Below are positions 11,776 through 20,533 of a stretch of DNA of 64,000 nt, in pieces. Source of the stretch: Candidatus Falkowbacteria bacterium (GTDB lineage Bacteria > Patescibacteriota > Patescibacteriia > Patescibacteriales > UBA12465). A program made the position numbers and the translations under genes. Location: contig JBAXLJ010000001.1 of the NCBI GenBank assembly GCA_037134915.1, positions 101,484 to 165,483 of the forward strand, in the 5' to 3' direction. The notes under the pieces were generated by a model. The model searched no databases and was not told the origin of the DNA. It saw only the letters and a program-made list of their open reading frames with translations. Numbering within the stretch: the first letter of the stretch is position 1; each line of letters opens with the position of its first letter.

Positions 11776-11820
11776 TTTTTATAAGCCAACACTAGCATAA
11801 TATTTTATTATAGTCAAGAC
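11776..11820 (-). repeat. copy 2 of the ~45-bp duplicated promoter cassette
   Basis: See 10315-10360. Confidence 0.85.
11789..11817 (-). promoter_or_regulatory. promoter of the A3-A2 operon (extended -10)
   Basis: On the minus strand: TTGACT (11817-11812), 17-nt spacer, TGcTAGTGT (-10 at 11794-11789). Confidence 0.6.
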
Positions 11821-11936
11821 TAAAGATAAATTACTAAGTTTATTATTTATCTATTATTAGCTGTTTAATAAAATATGAATACCAATAAGTCGGAAATTAA
11901 GGTAGAATAATAGAATATAAATCTAATAAAAATCCT

Positions 11937-13325
11937 ATGCCTCTTATTACTTCAATCTCTGGTCTGCGCGGTACAATTGGTGGCGCCCCTGGAGAAAATT
12001 TAACACCGCTGGATGCTGTTAAATTTACAGCCGCTTTTGTTTCCTTACTTAAAGAAAAATATAATTCAAAAATAACTATTGTTGTCGGCCGTGACGCTCG
12101 AATTTCTGGACTCGCTCTTAAACATCAAGTGATTTCTACTTTGCAATTTTGTGGCGCCAGTGTCATCGATTTAGACCTGGCGACAACGCCGACGGTAGAA
12201 ATGATGGTTACCGAATCTAAAGCTCAGGGCGGCATCATTCTCACCGCCTCACATAATCCTAAAGAATGGAACGCACTTAAACTTTTAGACGCTCAAGGTG
12301 AATTTATTTCCGCCGCCGATGGCGAAAAGTTACTGGCCATTTCTCAAAATCATGAGTTTAATTTTGTTTCGGTTGACGAACTTGGAGTCCTAACTTTAAA
12401 AATGGATTCTTTAAATTATCACCTTCAAAAAATATTAGAACTTCCCTTAGTTAATGTGGAACTAATTAGAGCGGCTAATTTCTCGGTGGCCGTTGATGGT
12501 ATTAATTCCGTTGGCGGTATAGCTATTCCAGAATTGTTGAAAGAGTTGGGTGTTAAAAATATTTATAAGTTAAACTGCGAGCCGACTGGTGACTTTGCTC
12601 ATAACCCAGAGCCTTTAGCTGAACATTTAACTGATATTTGCGCTTTAGTAAAAGATAAACAAGCAGATTTAGGCATTGTGGTTGATCCGGATGTCGATCG
12701 TTTAGCCTTTATCGATGAAAAAGGAATTATGTTTGGTGAAGAATATACGCTAGTCGCTGTAGCTGATTATATTTTAGAAAATTACCAGGGGGCCGAATAT
12801 AATAAAGCCGCTGTATCTAATTTATCATCTAGCCGTGCTTTAAAAGATATTGCTTTAAAACACGACGCGACTTATGAAGCGGCCGCTGTTGGTGAAGTAA
12901 ACGTGGTCGCCAAAATGAAAAATATTAAAGCGGTCATTGGCGGTGAAGGCAACGGTGGAATTATTTATCCAGAACTCCATTATGGTCGTGACGCCCTCGT
13001 GGGAGTAGCTTTATTTTTAACATATTTAGCCAAGAAAAAAATTACAGTCAGTCAGTTACGCGCTCAGTACCCCGGTTATATAATGATTAAACATAAACTT
13101 ACTTTAATTGACCGCCAAGAAATAAATTTAATTTTTGATAAATTAAAAAGCGCTTATTCCTCCCAAAGGTTGGACGAGCAAGATGGTTTAAAAATAGAGT
13201 GGGCAGATGCCTGGGTGCACATGCGGCCTTCTAATACTGAGGCAATTATGCGTTTATATATCGAAGCGCCAGATGAAATTAGAGCCGGAGAATTACTAAC
13301 AGAAATATTAGCTAACATTAAATAA
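11937..13325 (+). CDS. alpha-D-phosphohexomutase (GlmM/ManB family)
   Basis: Active-site loop TASHNPKEWNALK, metal loop VVDPDVDR, four-domain length of 462 aa. Substrate specificity (GlcN vs Man/Glc) cannot be decided by eye. Confidence 0.8.
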   Translation: MPLITSISGLRGTIGGAPGENLTPLDAVKFTAAFVSLLKEKYNSKITIVVGRDARISGLALKHQVISTLQFCGASVIDLDLATTPTVEMMVTESKAQGGIILTASHNPKEWNALKLLDAQGEFISAADGEKLLAISQNHEFNFVSVDELGVLTLKMDSLNYHLQKILELPLVNVELIRAANFSVAVDGINSVGGIAIPELLKELGVKNIYKLNCEPTGDFAHNPEPLAEHLTDICALVKDKQADLGIVVDPDVDRLAFIDEKGIMFGEEYTLVAVADYILENYQGAEYNKAAVSNLSSSRALKDIALKHDATYEAAAVGEVNVVAKMKNIKAVIGGEGNGGIIYPELHYGRDALVGVALFLTYLAKKKITVSQLRAQYPGYIMIKHKLTLIDRQEINLIFDKLKSAYSSQRLDEQDGLKIEWADAWVHMRPSNTEAIMRLYIEAPDEIRAGELLTEILANIK

Positions 13326-13385
13326 TAGAACATAAGATACCTCCTCAAATTGATGAGGTATTCTTAAATACAGACTAACTTAGTA

Positions 13386-13414
13386 TTGACTTTTTAATCA
13401 ATTTATGATATAGT
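13386..13414 (+). promoter_or_regulatory. promoter of the 13524 gene (extended -10)
   Basis: TTGACT (13386-13391), 17-nt spacer, TGaTATAGT (-10 at 13409-13414). Leaves a leader of about 100 nt. Confidence 0.55.
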
Positions 13415-13523
13415 TAGTTTGTTCGTGTAAAATGGGTGGCACGATAAAAAAGCTATTTTGATAGCCAGGGCCACTCCAGGTCCTAGATTACATCCACATT
13501 TTTGTACTTTTAAAATTTAACAA

Positions 13524-14804
13524 ATGAAAAAGTTTTTAAGTTTTCACGGTTTAGGCATTTTATTGAGTGCCGTAGTTTTAGTAAGCTTGTCGATTCCTGG
13601 TATTTGGTGGAAGATTTTCACTATTAGTTTGGTGTTTATTTTTCAGGCCGTATTGGAAAGCTTTAGCCGCTATTCCTATCTGGCATGGAACCAGGATGGT
13701 AGCGGTTTTAAGAATTTCACACAAGATGGTGACCCCGCCAGAGCCCTTTGGTTCTCTGGTGTTAAGTTGTTATTAGCGGCCTCCGTTTTTGGTGCAGCTT
13801 TGTCTTATGGCAATCATTTAACGTTAATCTCTGGTATTATTGCCTTGGTGGTTGCTGTGACATCGATTGTCCTTTATTATGGAAATGATTTATTTCCGGA
13901 AATAAATGAAATTGGCATTAAAGACGAGGGTATCGGAAAGGCAAAAAAAATAGTGACTATTTTTCTTATTTCCAGCTCATTATTAATTGCTTATTTAAAC
14001 TTCGGTACTGGCTATGTTTGGTTGTCGGCACTGCTAGCTGTGATATTTTTGGTCGGCATGATGGTGAACGATTTAGTTGGTGAAGTTCAATTTGAAAACA
14101 CCAAAATTAAAAAAACCGTTATCATTATTTCATCACTTTTACCTTTTGCCATTAGTATTATTAGCACCATTTATCAGTACTGGGGCAATATTAGTTATTA
14201 CCTCGGCGTTGTTTGGGGTTGGCTAGCCAAAACTATTATTAATGTTCTGGCTTATGAAATTGAAGATACGCCTGTTTGGGTGATTATTCTTGTTTTATTG
14301 ATGGTAATAATGTTTATTGTAAGTATTATCCGAATTAATGACTACCAAAAAAACCAAGCAAAGGCTGAAGTTGAAAGAACTAAGGCCGCTCAACATGCTT
14401 TAGGGGTTGAGAGTTTAAGAAAACAAAACCTTGACCTGATTATTTATTCTTTAGCCAATGATGAAGTCATTAGTGCGGAATATCTGATTTATCTGGCGAA
14501 AAATGCCGAGTATATTGAAAAATTCCCAAAGAAAAAATTAATCAACTTTGAGCCTCTCGAAGAAATGTTTAACATCTCCGATGTAAAACGAAAAATCATC
14601 TGGGATCACGATTTGGAAAGTGTTATTGCTTTATATGATTCTTGGTTCTCTGATTCTAAAACCGATGATTCGGTGCTAGAGTTGATTATGGAAACAATAA
14701 ATGGTTTATGGGACTTTTTGTCTCCGTATAACGAGTACAGTGGCTTTAACGCTTTTAACAAGATGTTGGCAAAAGTAGCCCCCAACATTCCATCGCAATT
14801 GTAA
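13524..14804 (+). CDS. hypothetical polytopic membrane protein with a soluble C-terminal domain
   Basis: 426 aa. About 8 hydrophobic segments in the first 280 aa, then a charged helix (KAEVERTKAAQ) and a ~130-aa soluble region. No motif recognised. Confidence 0.6.
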   Translation: MKKFLSFHGLGILLSAVVLVSLSIPGIWWKIFTISLVFIFQAVLESFSRYSYLAWNQDGSGFKNFTQDGDPARALWFSGVKLLLAASVFGAALSYGNHLTLISGIIALVVAVTSIVLYYGNDLFPEINEIGIKDEGIGKAKKIVTIFLISSSLLIAYLNFGTGYVWLSALLAVIFLVGMMVNDLVGEVQFENTKIKKTVIIISSLLPFAISIISTIYQYWGNISYYLGVVWGWLAKTIINVLAYEIEDTPVWVIILVLLMVIMFIVSIIRINDYQKNQAKAEVERTKAAQHALGVESLRKQNLDLIIYSLANDEVISAEYLIYLAKNAEYIEKFPKKKLINFEPLEEMFNISDVKRKIIWDHDLESVIALYDSWFSDSKTDDSVLELIMETINGLWDFLSPYNEYSGFNAFNKMLAKVAPNIPSQL

Positions 14805-14827
14805 TAGCTACAAAAAATATAAAACAG

Positions 14828-14852
14828 CAGCAAGCTCCGGCTTGCTGTTTTT
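14828..14852 (+). terminator. intrinsic terminator
   Basis: CAGCAAGC TCCG GCTTGCTG followed by T5. Confidence 0.8.
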
Positions 14853-14913
14853 AATTACAAAAATTTATTTAATAGTAGCCACTCCATCTAGTGTATTTTT
14901 TACCCCTAGATTG

Positions 14914-14942
14914 TTGCCTGTAGTTTTTAAAAGTGCTAAAGT
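14914..14942 (+). promoter_or_regulatory. promoter of the glmU-like gene
   Basis: TTGCCT (14914-14919), 17-nt spacer, TGcTAAAGT (-10 at 14937-14942). Confidence 0.45.
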
Positions 14943-14989
14943 ATAAAGGAAATTGAGCAAAATTTACCTTATTTTATAATTTTTTTTCT

Positions 14990-15724
14990 ATGAATCAAGT
15001 TGTAATTTTAGCCGCCGGAAAAGGAACGCGCATGGGCTCGGATTTACCTAAAGCTCTAGTCCCACTCAAAAATAGACCCATGATTCATTATCTATTGGAT
15101 TCGGTAGTTGATTCCCAAATTGACCCTAAACCAATTGTGATTGTGTCTCCGGATAATTATCAAATCATCGCGGAGGCTTTAGAAAATTATGAGGTCCAAT
15201 ATGCTTTTCAGACGGAGCAACTAGGCACTGGTCATGCGGTCGCTTGTGCGAAAGATTTAATTAAACCAGAAACGGAAAATATTATTGTTTTGTATTGCGA
15301 TCATCCTTTTATCACGGCCGCATCTCTTCAAAAATTTTCTAAGATGAAAGTGGAAACGGTTTTAGTGATGCCGACTAAACTGCCTGACTTTGAAGGGTGG
15401 CATCATAACTCTTATCATTGGGGCCGTTTTGTCAGAAATAAGAGCGGTGAAATTGAAAAAATTGTTGAATTTAAAGATGCTAGCGACGTCGAAAAATTAA
15501 TCACCGAAGTTAATCCCGGCTTTATGGCTTTTAATAATAAATGGCTCTGGCCTAATATAAAATTATTATCCAATAATAATGCGAGTCACGAATATTATTT
15601 AACTTCACTGCCGGAAATTGCGGCGGCTGAAGGTTATAAAGTGGCTTCAATTTTTATTGAGCCAGAAGAGGCGGTGGGAATAAATAGCCAAGAAGAGTTA
15701 GTCGCCGCGGCCGCTTTACTTTAA
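14990..15724 (+). CDS. sugar-1-phosphate nucleotidyltransferase, GlmU N-terminal (uridylyltransferase) domain only
   Basis: VILAAGKGTRMGSDLPKAL and QTEQLGTGHAV closely mirror the GlmU pyrophosphorylase domain. The protein is 244 aa, so the C-terminal left-handed beta-helix acetyltransferase half is absent. Confidence 0.8.
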   Translation: MNQVVILAAGKGTRMGSDLPKALVPLKNRPMIHYLLDSVVDSQIDPKPIVIVSPDNYQIIAEALENYEVQYAFQTEQLGTGHAVACAKDLIKPETENIIVLYCDHPFITAASLQKFSKMKVETVLVMPTKLPDFEGWHHNSYHWGRFVRNKSGEIEKIVEFKDASDVEKLITEVNPGFMAFNNKWLWPNIKLLSNNNASHEYYLTSLPEIAAAEGYKVASIFIEPEEAVGINSQEELVAAAALL

Positions 15725-15735
15725 CTCATAACTTT

Positions 15736-16128
15736 ATGCGATTAGTCTGGAGAATTATTTATAATTTGATTTTGGTTTTAGTTTTTGTAATCTTATCAAT
15801 CTTTTCTTTAGTCGAATATCGCAGCGCTGATCTTAATCTTAATACCACTTCGGATAAATTCACTTTGACTAAAAATACTTTAACTAGTTTTAGTTATTTA
15901 ATCGCTTATCTCGAAAAGATGCCCACCATTCGTTTGCTCCCGGTTGTTACCAAGGAGCTGGTTTATCAAAAACAAATGTTGGACGATTTGGCGCTAGAAT
16001 CAAATAAGTCCCCTATTATTAAAGAAAATACGCCAATAATTAACGATAATTTGACTACAGAAATTACTTGGTCAGAGATTATTAGTCGCTTAAAAAATCG
16101 GTTAAGCAAAGATTGGTTTCGCCCCTAA
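15736..16128 (+). CDS. hypothetical protein with an N-terminal TM helix
   Basis: 130-aa ORF beginning 12 nt after the glmU-like gene, with one N-terminal hydrophobic helix. Confidence 0.5.
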   Translation: MRLVWRIIYNLILVLVFVILSIFSLVEYRSADLNLNTTSDKFTLTKNTLTSFSYLIAYLEKMPTIRLLPVVTKELVYQKQMLDDLALESNKSPIIKENTPIINDNLTTEITWSEIISRLKNRLSKDWFRP

Positions 16129-16215
16129 AATAATGTATAATAGAGGAGTCGAATTAATTTATAATAATAATTAAGAATAACCTCTCCCTCCCGATCGCGG
16201 TTATTGCTAACAAGT

Positions 16216-17307
16216 ATGGCCATTAAAAAAGCTAATGTCTCGACTAATTCAAATAGCGACGACAAAAAACAAGAAGCCGCTAGTTCTGCTATGGAACAAA
16301 TCAGAGCTAAGTTCGGTGAAGGTTCGATTATGAAATTTGGTGATGCCCGTAAGACAGATGTCGACGCGATTCCGACGGGTTGTTTGTCGCTCGATATCGC
16401 TTTAGGAATCGGCGGTGTGCCTCGCGGCCGAGTTATTGAAATCTATGGCCCAGAATCATCTGGTAAAACCACTTTAGCCCAGCACATTGTGGCTGAGGTT
16501 CAAAAGTTAGGCGGCATTGCCGCTTTCGTTGATGCGGAGCACGCCCTTGACCCTTTATATGCCGAAAAAATTGGCGTCAACATCAAAGATTTAATTATCT
16601 CTCAGCCAGATTCTGGTGAACAAGCTTTGGAAATCGTGGAAACTTTGGTTCGCTCTAATGCAGTTGACGTGGTGGTGGTTGATTCAGTGGCCGCTTTAGT
16701 GCCTCAAAAAGAAATCGAAGGTGATATGGGTGATCAACACATGGGACTACAGGCTCGTTTAATGAGTCAGGCGCTTAGAAAGCTGACCGGTTCAATTAAT
16801 AAAACTAATACCGTCGTAATTTTTATTAATCAAATTAGAAATAAAATCGGCGTCTTTTTTGGCAATCCAGAAACAACCACTGGTGGCAATGCTTTAAAAT
16901 TCTACGCCTCAGTTCGTGTGGAAATTCGTCGGGCGGCCCAGATTAAGCAAGGTGAAAATGTGATTGGTAATCGAGTTAAAGTAAAAATTGTTAAAAATAA
17001 AGTCGCCGCCCCTTTTAGAACTTGTGAATTTGATATTATGTATAACGAAGGCATCTCTTTGGCTGGCGACACGCTAGACACTGGAGTTGATTACGAAGTT
17101 ATTAAAAAATCAGGAAATTCCTACAGTTTTAATGAGATAAAATTAGGCGTTGGCCGGGAAACAGCCAAGAAATTCTTAAAGGAAGATAAAAAATTATTAG
17201 CCACTATTAGAAAAGTAATTTTAGAAGAAGTGGTCAGACGTGAGGCTAACGGCGCTAGTCCAGTAAAACATATTAAGGACGTTGAAGATGTGGCTTTAGA
17301 TGCTTAA
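16216..17307 (+). CDS. recA: recombinase RecA
   Basis: Walker [10 protein letters not shown], the [10 protein letters not shown] block, L1/L2 regions. ATG 16216 (MAIKKANV) is preferred over TTG 16204. Confidence 0.95.
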   Translation: MAIKKANVSTNSNSDDKKQEAASSAMEQIRAKFGEGSIMKFGDARKTDVDAIPTGCLSLDIALGIGGVPRGRVIEIYGPESSGKTTLAQHIVAEVQKLGGIAAFVDAEHALDPLYAEKIGVNIKDLIISQPDSGEQALEIVETLVRSNAVDVVVVDSVAALVPQKEIEGDMGDQHMGLQARLMSQALRKLTGSINKTNTVVIFINQIRNKIGVFFGNPETTTGGNALKFYASVRVEIRRAAQIKQGENVIGNRVKVKIVKNKVAAPFRTCEFDIMYNEGISLAGDTLDTGVDYEVIKKSGNSYSFNEIKLGVGRETAKKFLKEDKKLLATIRKVILEEVVRREANGASPVKHIKDVEDVALDA

Positions 17308-17326
17308 AAATAAAATTTTGGAAGTA

Positions 17327-17361
17327 ACAAAAAACCGCCTCGTTATGAGGCGGTTTTTTGT
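17327..17361. terminator. bidirectional terminator between recA and adk
   Basis: AACCGCCTC GTTAT GAGGCGGTT flanked by an A-run and a T-run. Confidence 0.85.
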
Positions 17362-17368
17362 TTTTTAC

Positions 17369-17941
17369 TTATTTTTGATCAATCAGTTTAATAATTCTTT
17401 CAAAAACCTCGACTGGACTGCCTTCGCCATTAACTTCATATAATTTACCACGCGTTTGGTAAAAACTTATTAGGTCGCTGACGTTTTGACGGTATATTTC
17501 CAGGCGCTCCTTGATAACGATTTCGTTGTCATCGGCGCGTCCGGAAGTTTCACCGCGGAGCAGGATTCTTTTTATTAATTCAGAATCAGAAGCGGTCAAA
17601 TTAATAGCTAAATCTATTTGGAGTCCAAGTGGTGACAAAGCATCTTCTAGAATTTGTGCTTGTTCTCCGTTTCTCGGAAAGCCATCAAAAATAAAACCAT
17701 TTCCATTTGAGAGATTCTCGGCGAGGGATTTCTTCAAGACTTCACTAACTAACTCATCAGGGACTAAGTGTCCACTAATCACAAAATTTTCTACTTCTTG
17801 GCCCAGCGCCGTTTTTGAAGCGATTTCTTTTCGAAGCATTTCACCGGTTGAAAGGTGAAGCAAACCATATTTTTGTTTAATATGTGTGGCTTGCGTTCCT
17901 TTACCTGAACCAGGCGGACCAAAAATTACCAAATTAAGCAT
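17369..17941 (-). CDS. adk: adenylate kinase (short LID type)
   Basis: P-loop GPPGSGKGT, LSTGEMLR, DGFPR. 190 aa with no zinc-knuckle LID. Confidence 0.9.
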   Translation of the reverse strand: MLNLVIFGPPGSGKGTQATHIKQKYGLLHLSTGEMLRKEIASKTALGQEVENFVISGHLVPDELVSEVLKKSLAENLSNGNGFIFDGFPRNGEQAQILEDALSPLGLQIDLAINLTASDSELIKRILLRGETSGRADDNEIVIKERLEIYRQNVSDLISFYQTRGKLYEVNGEGSPVEVFERIIKLIDQK

Positions 17942-17989
17942 AAGTATTAAATTAAGTGTTTAACAAAAGAACGACAGGCACCGTTGGTT

Positions 17990-18018
17990 ATTATAGCGGA
18001 ATTAGGTTTTGGTGTAAA
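17990..18018 (-). promoter_or_regulatory. promoter of adk
   Basis: On the minus strand: TTTACA (18018-18013), 17-nt spacer, TATAAT (17995-17990). Confidence 0.55.
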
Positions 18019-18030
18019 GGCGGATGATAT

Positions 18031-18060
18031 AAAAAAAGAGTCGTTCTTTAGGAACGACTC
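18031..18060 (-). terminator. terminator after the 111-aa membrane protein gene
   Basis: GAGTCGTTC/GAACGACTC 9-bp stem followed by T7 on the minus strand. Confidence 0.8.
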
Positions 18061-18065
18061 ACTCT

Positions 18066-18401
18066 CTATATACTCAGGCCATTTGTTTGGTCTTGCTGTT
18101 CCATTTTTAAGGCAATAAAAAATAAAATTATTGATGGTGCAATGTTCATTAACAGGGACACGACAAATATTAATATTGATTGCCAAAATAGGAACAGCAA
18201 GACCGAGAAGATTAGCTCTCCAAAAAGAATTGCCAAGACAACTTCTAGACCAGTTAGTATTTTAATAAAATAATACATTCGGCCCGAGAAGTAGGCTAGA
18301 AGGCAGGGGCCGATAATCGGCACCAGTGAAGCTACCGCGAAACCTAATGATATTATCAGGGCGGTTGCCAAGGTTACTTGTTTAGATACAACTCTTTTCA
18401 T
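18066..18401 (-). CDS. small hypothetical membrane protein (3-4 TM)
   Basis: 111-aa hydrophobic ORF with its own promoter and terminator. Confidence 0.55.
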   Translation of the reverse strand: MKRVVSKQVTLATALIISLGFAVASLVPIIGPCLLAYFSGRMYYFIKILTGLEVVLAILFGELIFSVLLFLFWQSILIFVVSLLMNIAPSIILFFIALKMEQQDQTNGLSI

Positions 18402-18435
18402 TATATGTGGTTTTTTAAGTTACTGTTAAGACTCT

Positions 18436-18464
18436 ACTATAACATAATAATTAATTATAGTCAA
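18436..18464 (-). promoter_or_regulatory. promoter of 18066-18401
   Basis: On the minus strand: TTGACT (18464-18459), 17-nt spacer, TGtTATAGT (-10 at 18441-18436). Confidence 0.6.
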
Positions 18465-18468
18465 TAAA

Positions 18469-18499
18469 TAAAAAAAGAAGCCTGATGTTTTAGGCTTCT
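18469..18499 (-). terminator. terminator of the B2-B1 operon
   Basis: AGAAGCCT/AGGCTTCT 8-bp stem followed by a T-run on the minus strand. Confidence 0.75.
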
Positions 18500-18513
18500 T
18501 CACTTTTATAAAC

Positions 18514-19056
18514 TTATCTCTTGGGGCTGAGAATCTTTTTTATTCCAAAACCAAACCCCGCTGTCGCAGCGAATATTAGACCAACGGTTATCGCTGGTAA
18601 ACTTCCTAGTAATAGTCCAGAATCGATAGCGGTAATTATCCAGATCATTAGACCAAAGGCTAGGCCGGAGATAATCGCAAAATCCAGTCCAGTAATTAAG
18701 CCGAAGAAGAAACAGAGGGACAGGCTAATTATCAAACCGTAAACAAGGCCAATTTCAATGGTAAATAACGAACCGATAATCAAGCTGGAAACTAGTCCCC
18801 ACCCAATTAAACGATACTGTTTAATATCTTTATCTTCGATTCTTTTCAACTGGAATACTAAAAAAGATATCGCCATGAAAAACGGAAAGAGCACTATCAG
18901 GTCATGAACCCTGGAAATTTTTAGGGTTGTGGACAAGTTGGCAAACAGGAAACCTTTATTAATTAACGGGATACCGTTTAAAAATATAAAGGTCGTTAGG
19001 TAAATCGCGGCGGTTATCACCGTCGCAATTAAAGAAAATTCCAAACTTTTTCTCAT
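18514..19056 (-). CDS. family-B orphan membrane protein B1 (glycine-zipper C-terminal half)
   Basis: 180 aa. The N-terminal half has IPLINKGFLF...LKISRVHDL. The C-terminal half is a run of G(L/F)xxG repeats (GLVYGLIISL..FFGLITGLDFAIISGLAFGL..GLLLGS..GLIFAATAGFGFG). Confidence 0.65.
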   Translation of the reverse strand: MRKSLEFSLIATVITAAIYLTTFIFLNGIPLINKGFLFANLSTTLKISRVHDLIVLFPFFMAISFLVFQLKRIEDKDIKQYRLIGWGLVSSLIIGSLFTIEIGLVYGLIISLSLCFFFGLITGLDFAIISGLAFGLMIWIITAIDSGLLLGSLPAITVGLIFAATAGFGFGIKKILSPKR

Positions 19057-19069
19057 TTTCTTAATTTTT

Positions 19070-19765
19070 TTAGTTCAATTCGCCGGTCAGTATCTGATTA
19101 ATAGTATTCCAAAATTTTTCCGAGAGAACATATTTTAACAGACCGCCGATAATTGCTAAGGCGGACAATATTATGGCCTCTAAAAAAAATATTAAAGAGA
19201 TTATTAAACTTAAGATAAAGCTTGTTTTAAAGCCAATTATAAGTCCAATAGTAACGCCGATAATGGCACTAAGTACTAAACTAAACTTTAAACCGCTTAT
19301 AAAACCCTTGGAAAATCCCGTGGCTAAACTTACTAGTCCGGAAATGATTAGTCCTGATAAAAAACAAATCTTTAAATCCAGGTTTAAACCATTGTGGACC
19401 AAGAATCCCAGGCCGGTAATTATGCTTACTGATAAACCGAGGACAGTCGCAATACATAATTCTTCCAAGCGATTTTTAATTTTTGTAAGACGGAAATACA
19501 GACTGACAGCCAGAGATGACAGTATAAAAACAGCCGGCACATCCCATAATCGTGAGACGGAAATCGGCAAATTAATTGTCAGTGGTAGATTCCAGAAAAC
19601 ATTTTCCGGTTTAGGAAACAAAATGATTTGGTTAATGGCTGGAAAATAATCTTTAAAACAGAAAAAAATCAGATAGTACATGGCGGTAAATAGGGCCAAA
19701 AAAATTGGCGCACTGTTTAGATTTTTTTCTCTAAAAACGTAGAGGAGGCGGTGTTTTTTTTTCAT
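19070..19765 (-). CDS. family-B orphan membrane protein B2
   Basis: 231 aa. FPAINQIILF...NLPLTINLPISVSRLWD aligns with LPVIDKIVLF...NLPAKLNLPFSISRFWD of 20534-21088. The C-terminal half has ITGLGFLVHNGL..LSGLIISGLVSLATGFSKGFISGLKF repeats. Confidence 0.7.
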   Translation of the reverse strand: MKKKHRLLYVFREKNLNSAPIFLALFTAMYYLIFFCFKDYFPAINQIILFPKPENVFWNLPLTINLPISVSRLWDVPAVFILSSLAVSLYFRLTKIKNRLEELCIATVLGLSVSIITGLGFLVHNGLNLDLKICFLSGLIISGLVSLATGFSKGFISGLKFSLVLSAIIGVTIGLIIGFKTSFILSLIISLIFFLEAIILSALAIIGGLLKYVLSEKFWNTINQILTGELN

Positions 19766-19823
19766 TTTTCTTTGGTTTTTTTGGTGGTTTATTTATTTTT
19801 AAAGAGCTGCTAATGATTTTATG

Positions 19824-19852
19824 ATTATCCAATAATATTTGTTTTTAGTCAA
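19824..19852 (-). promoter_or_regulatory. promoter of the B2-B1 operon
   Basis: On the minus strand: TTGACT (19852-19847), 17-nt spacer, TGgATAAT (-10 GATAAT at 19829-19824). Confidence 0.55.
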
Positions 19853-19872
19853 GCTTTATCTAATATTAAAAC

Positions 19873-19898
19873 AAAAAAAAGGGGGCTATTGGGCCCCC
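19873..19898 (-). terminator. terminator of the B3-A4 operon
   Basis: GGGGGC/GCCCCC stem followed by T8 on the minus strand, just after the A4 stop. Confidence 0.75.
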
Positions 19899-19903
19899 TA
19901 TCT

Positions 19904-20521
19904 TTAATTCCTAAATATTCGGCAAAGTTCAGCTTTTTCACTGATGAGAATTAGGCGTTCTTTTATATTTTTTTCACTCGAGTCAATTAAATCTTCGATC
20001 TTCTTGTAAGAGAGTTCAAAAAATAGTTTTTTATTTTTCTGATTATTTTTAAAACAGCCCGTAATTAATTTCATTTTTTCGCGATAAAAATCGATTGGAT
20101 AATCAGGTCCATATTCTCTGTCTAAACCAGAAACATAAAGAGCGGCTAAATCTTCTTCCGAAAAATCAAGAACGGTTTCGGTTAAAATGTTTTTCAGTAT
20201 TTTTATTTTTCGTCTTGAGCTAATTCTTTCTTCTATTAAACGATAGCTCTCATTTAAATCTAAATAGTTTTTTGAGAAAGATTCAAAATAAAGTTTAAGA
20301 TTACTTTTTAGGGGCCTGATCTCTTTAATGCTTAAGTCGTTTATTAAACGGAATAAGATTCGATCGGAAATTGGATCTCTCTTTGAAAGATCGTAGCTGC
20401 CTAAAAAATTAATCATTACTCTTTGTTTGACCGGATTTATTCGGTTAAAATAGGGCTTCAGAGACAGCAAGAATAAGAATGTAAAGATAACTACCGCGAT
20501 TGTTAAGAACACTTTTTCCAT
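19904..20521 (-). CDS. family-A orphan protein A4
   Basis: 205 aa, starts MEK, with an N-terminal TM helix. Contains the LKLYFESFSKNY block and a KILKNILTETVLDFSEEDLAALYV block comparable to A1-A3. It lies 12 nt downstream of B3. Confidence 0.6.
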   Translation of the reverse strand: MEKVFLTIAVVIFTFLFLLSLKPYFNRINPVKQRVMINFLGSYDLSKRDPISDRILFRLINDLSIKEIRPLKSNLKLYFESFSKNYLDLNESYRLIEERISSRRKIKILKNILTETVLDFSEEDLAALYVSGLDREYGPDYPIDFYREKMKLITGCFKNNQKNKKLFFELSYKKIEDLIDSSEKNIKERLILISEKAELCRIFRN

Positions 20522-20533
20522 GGTTTCTAATTT

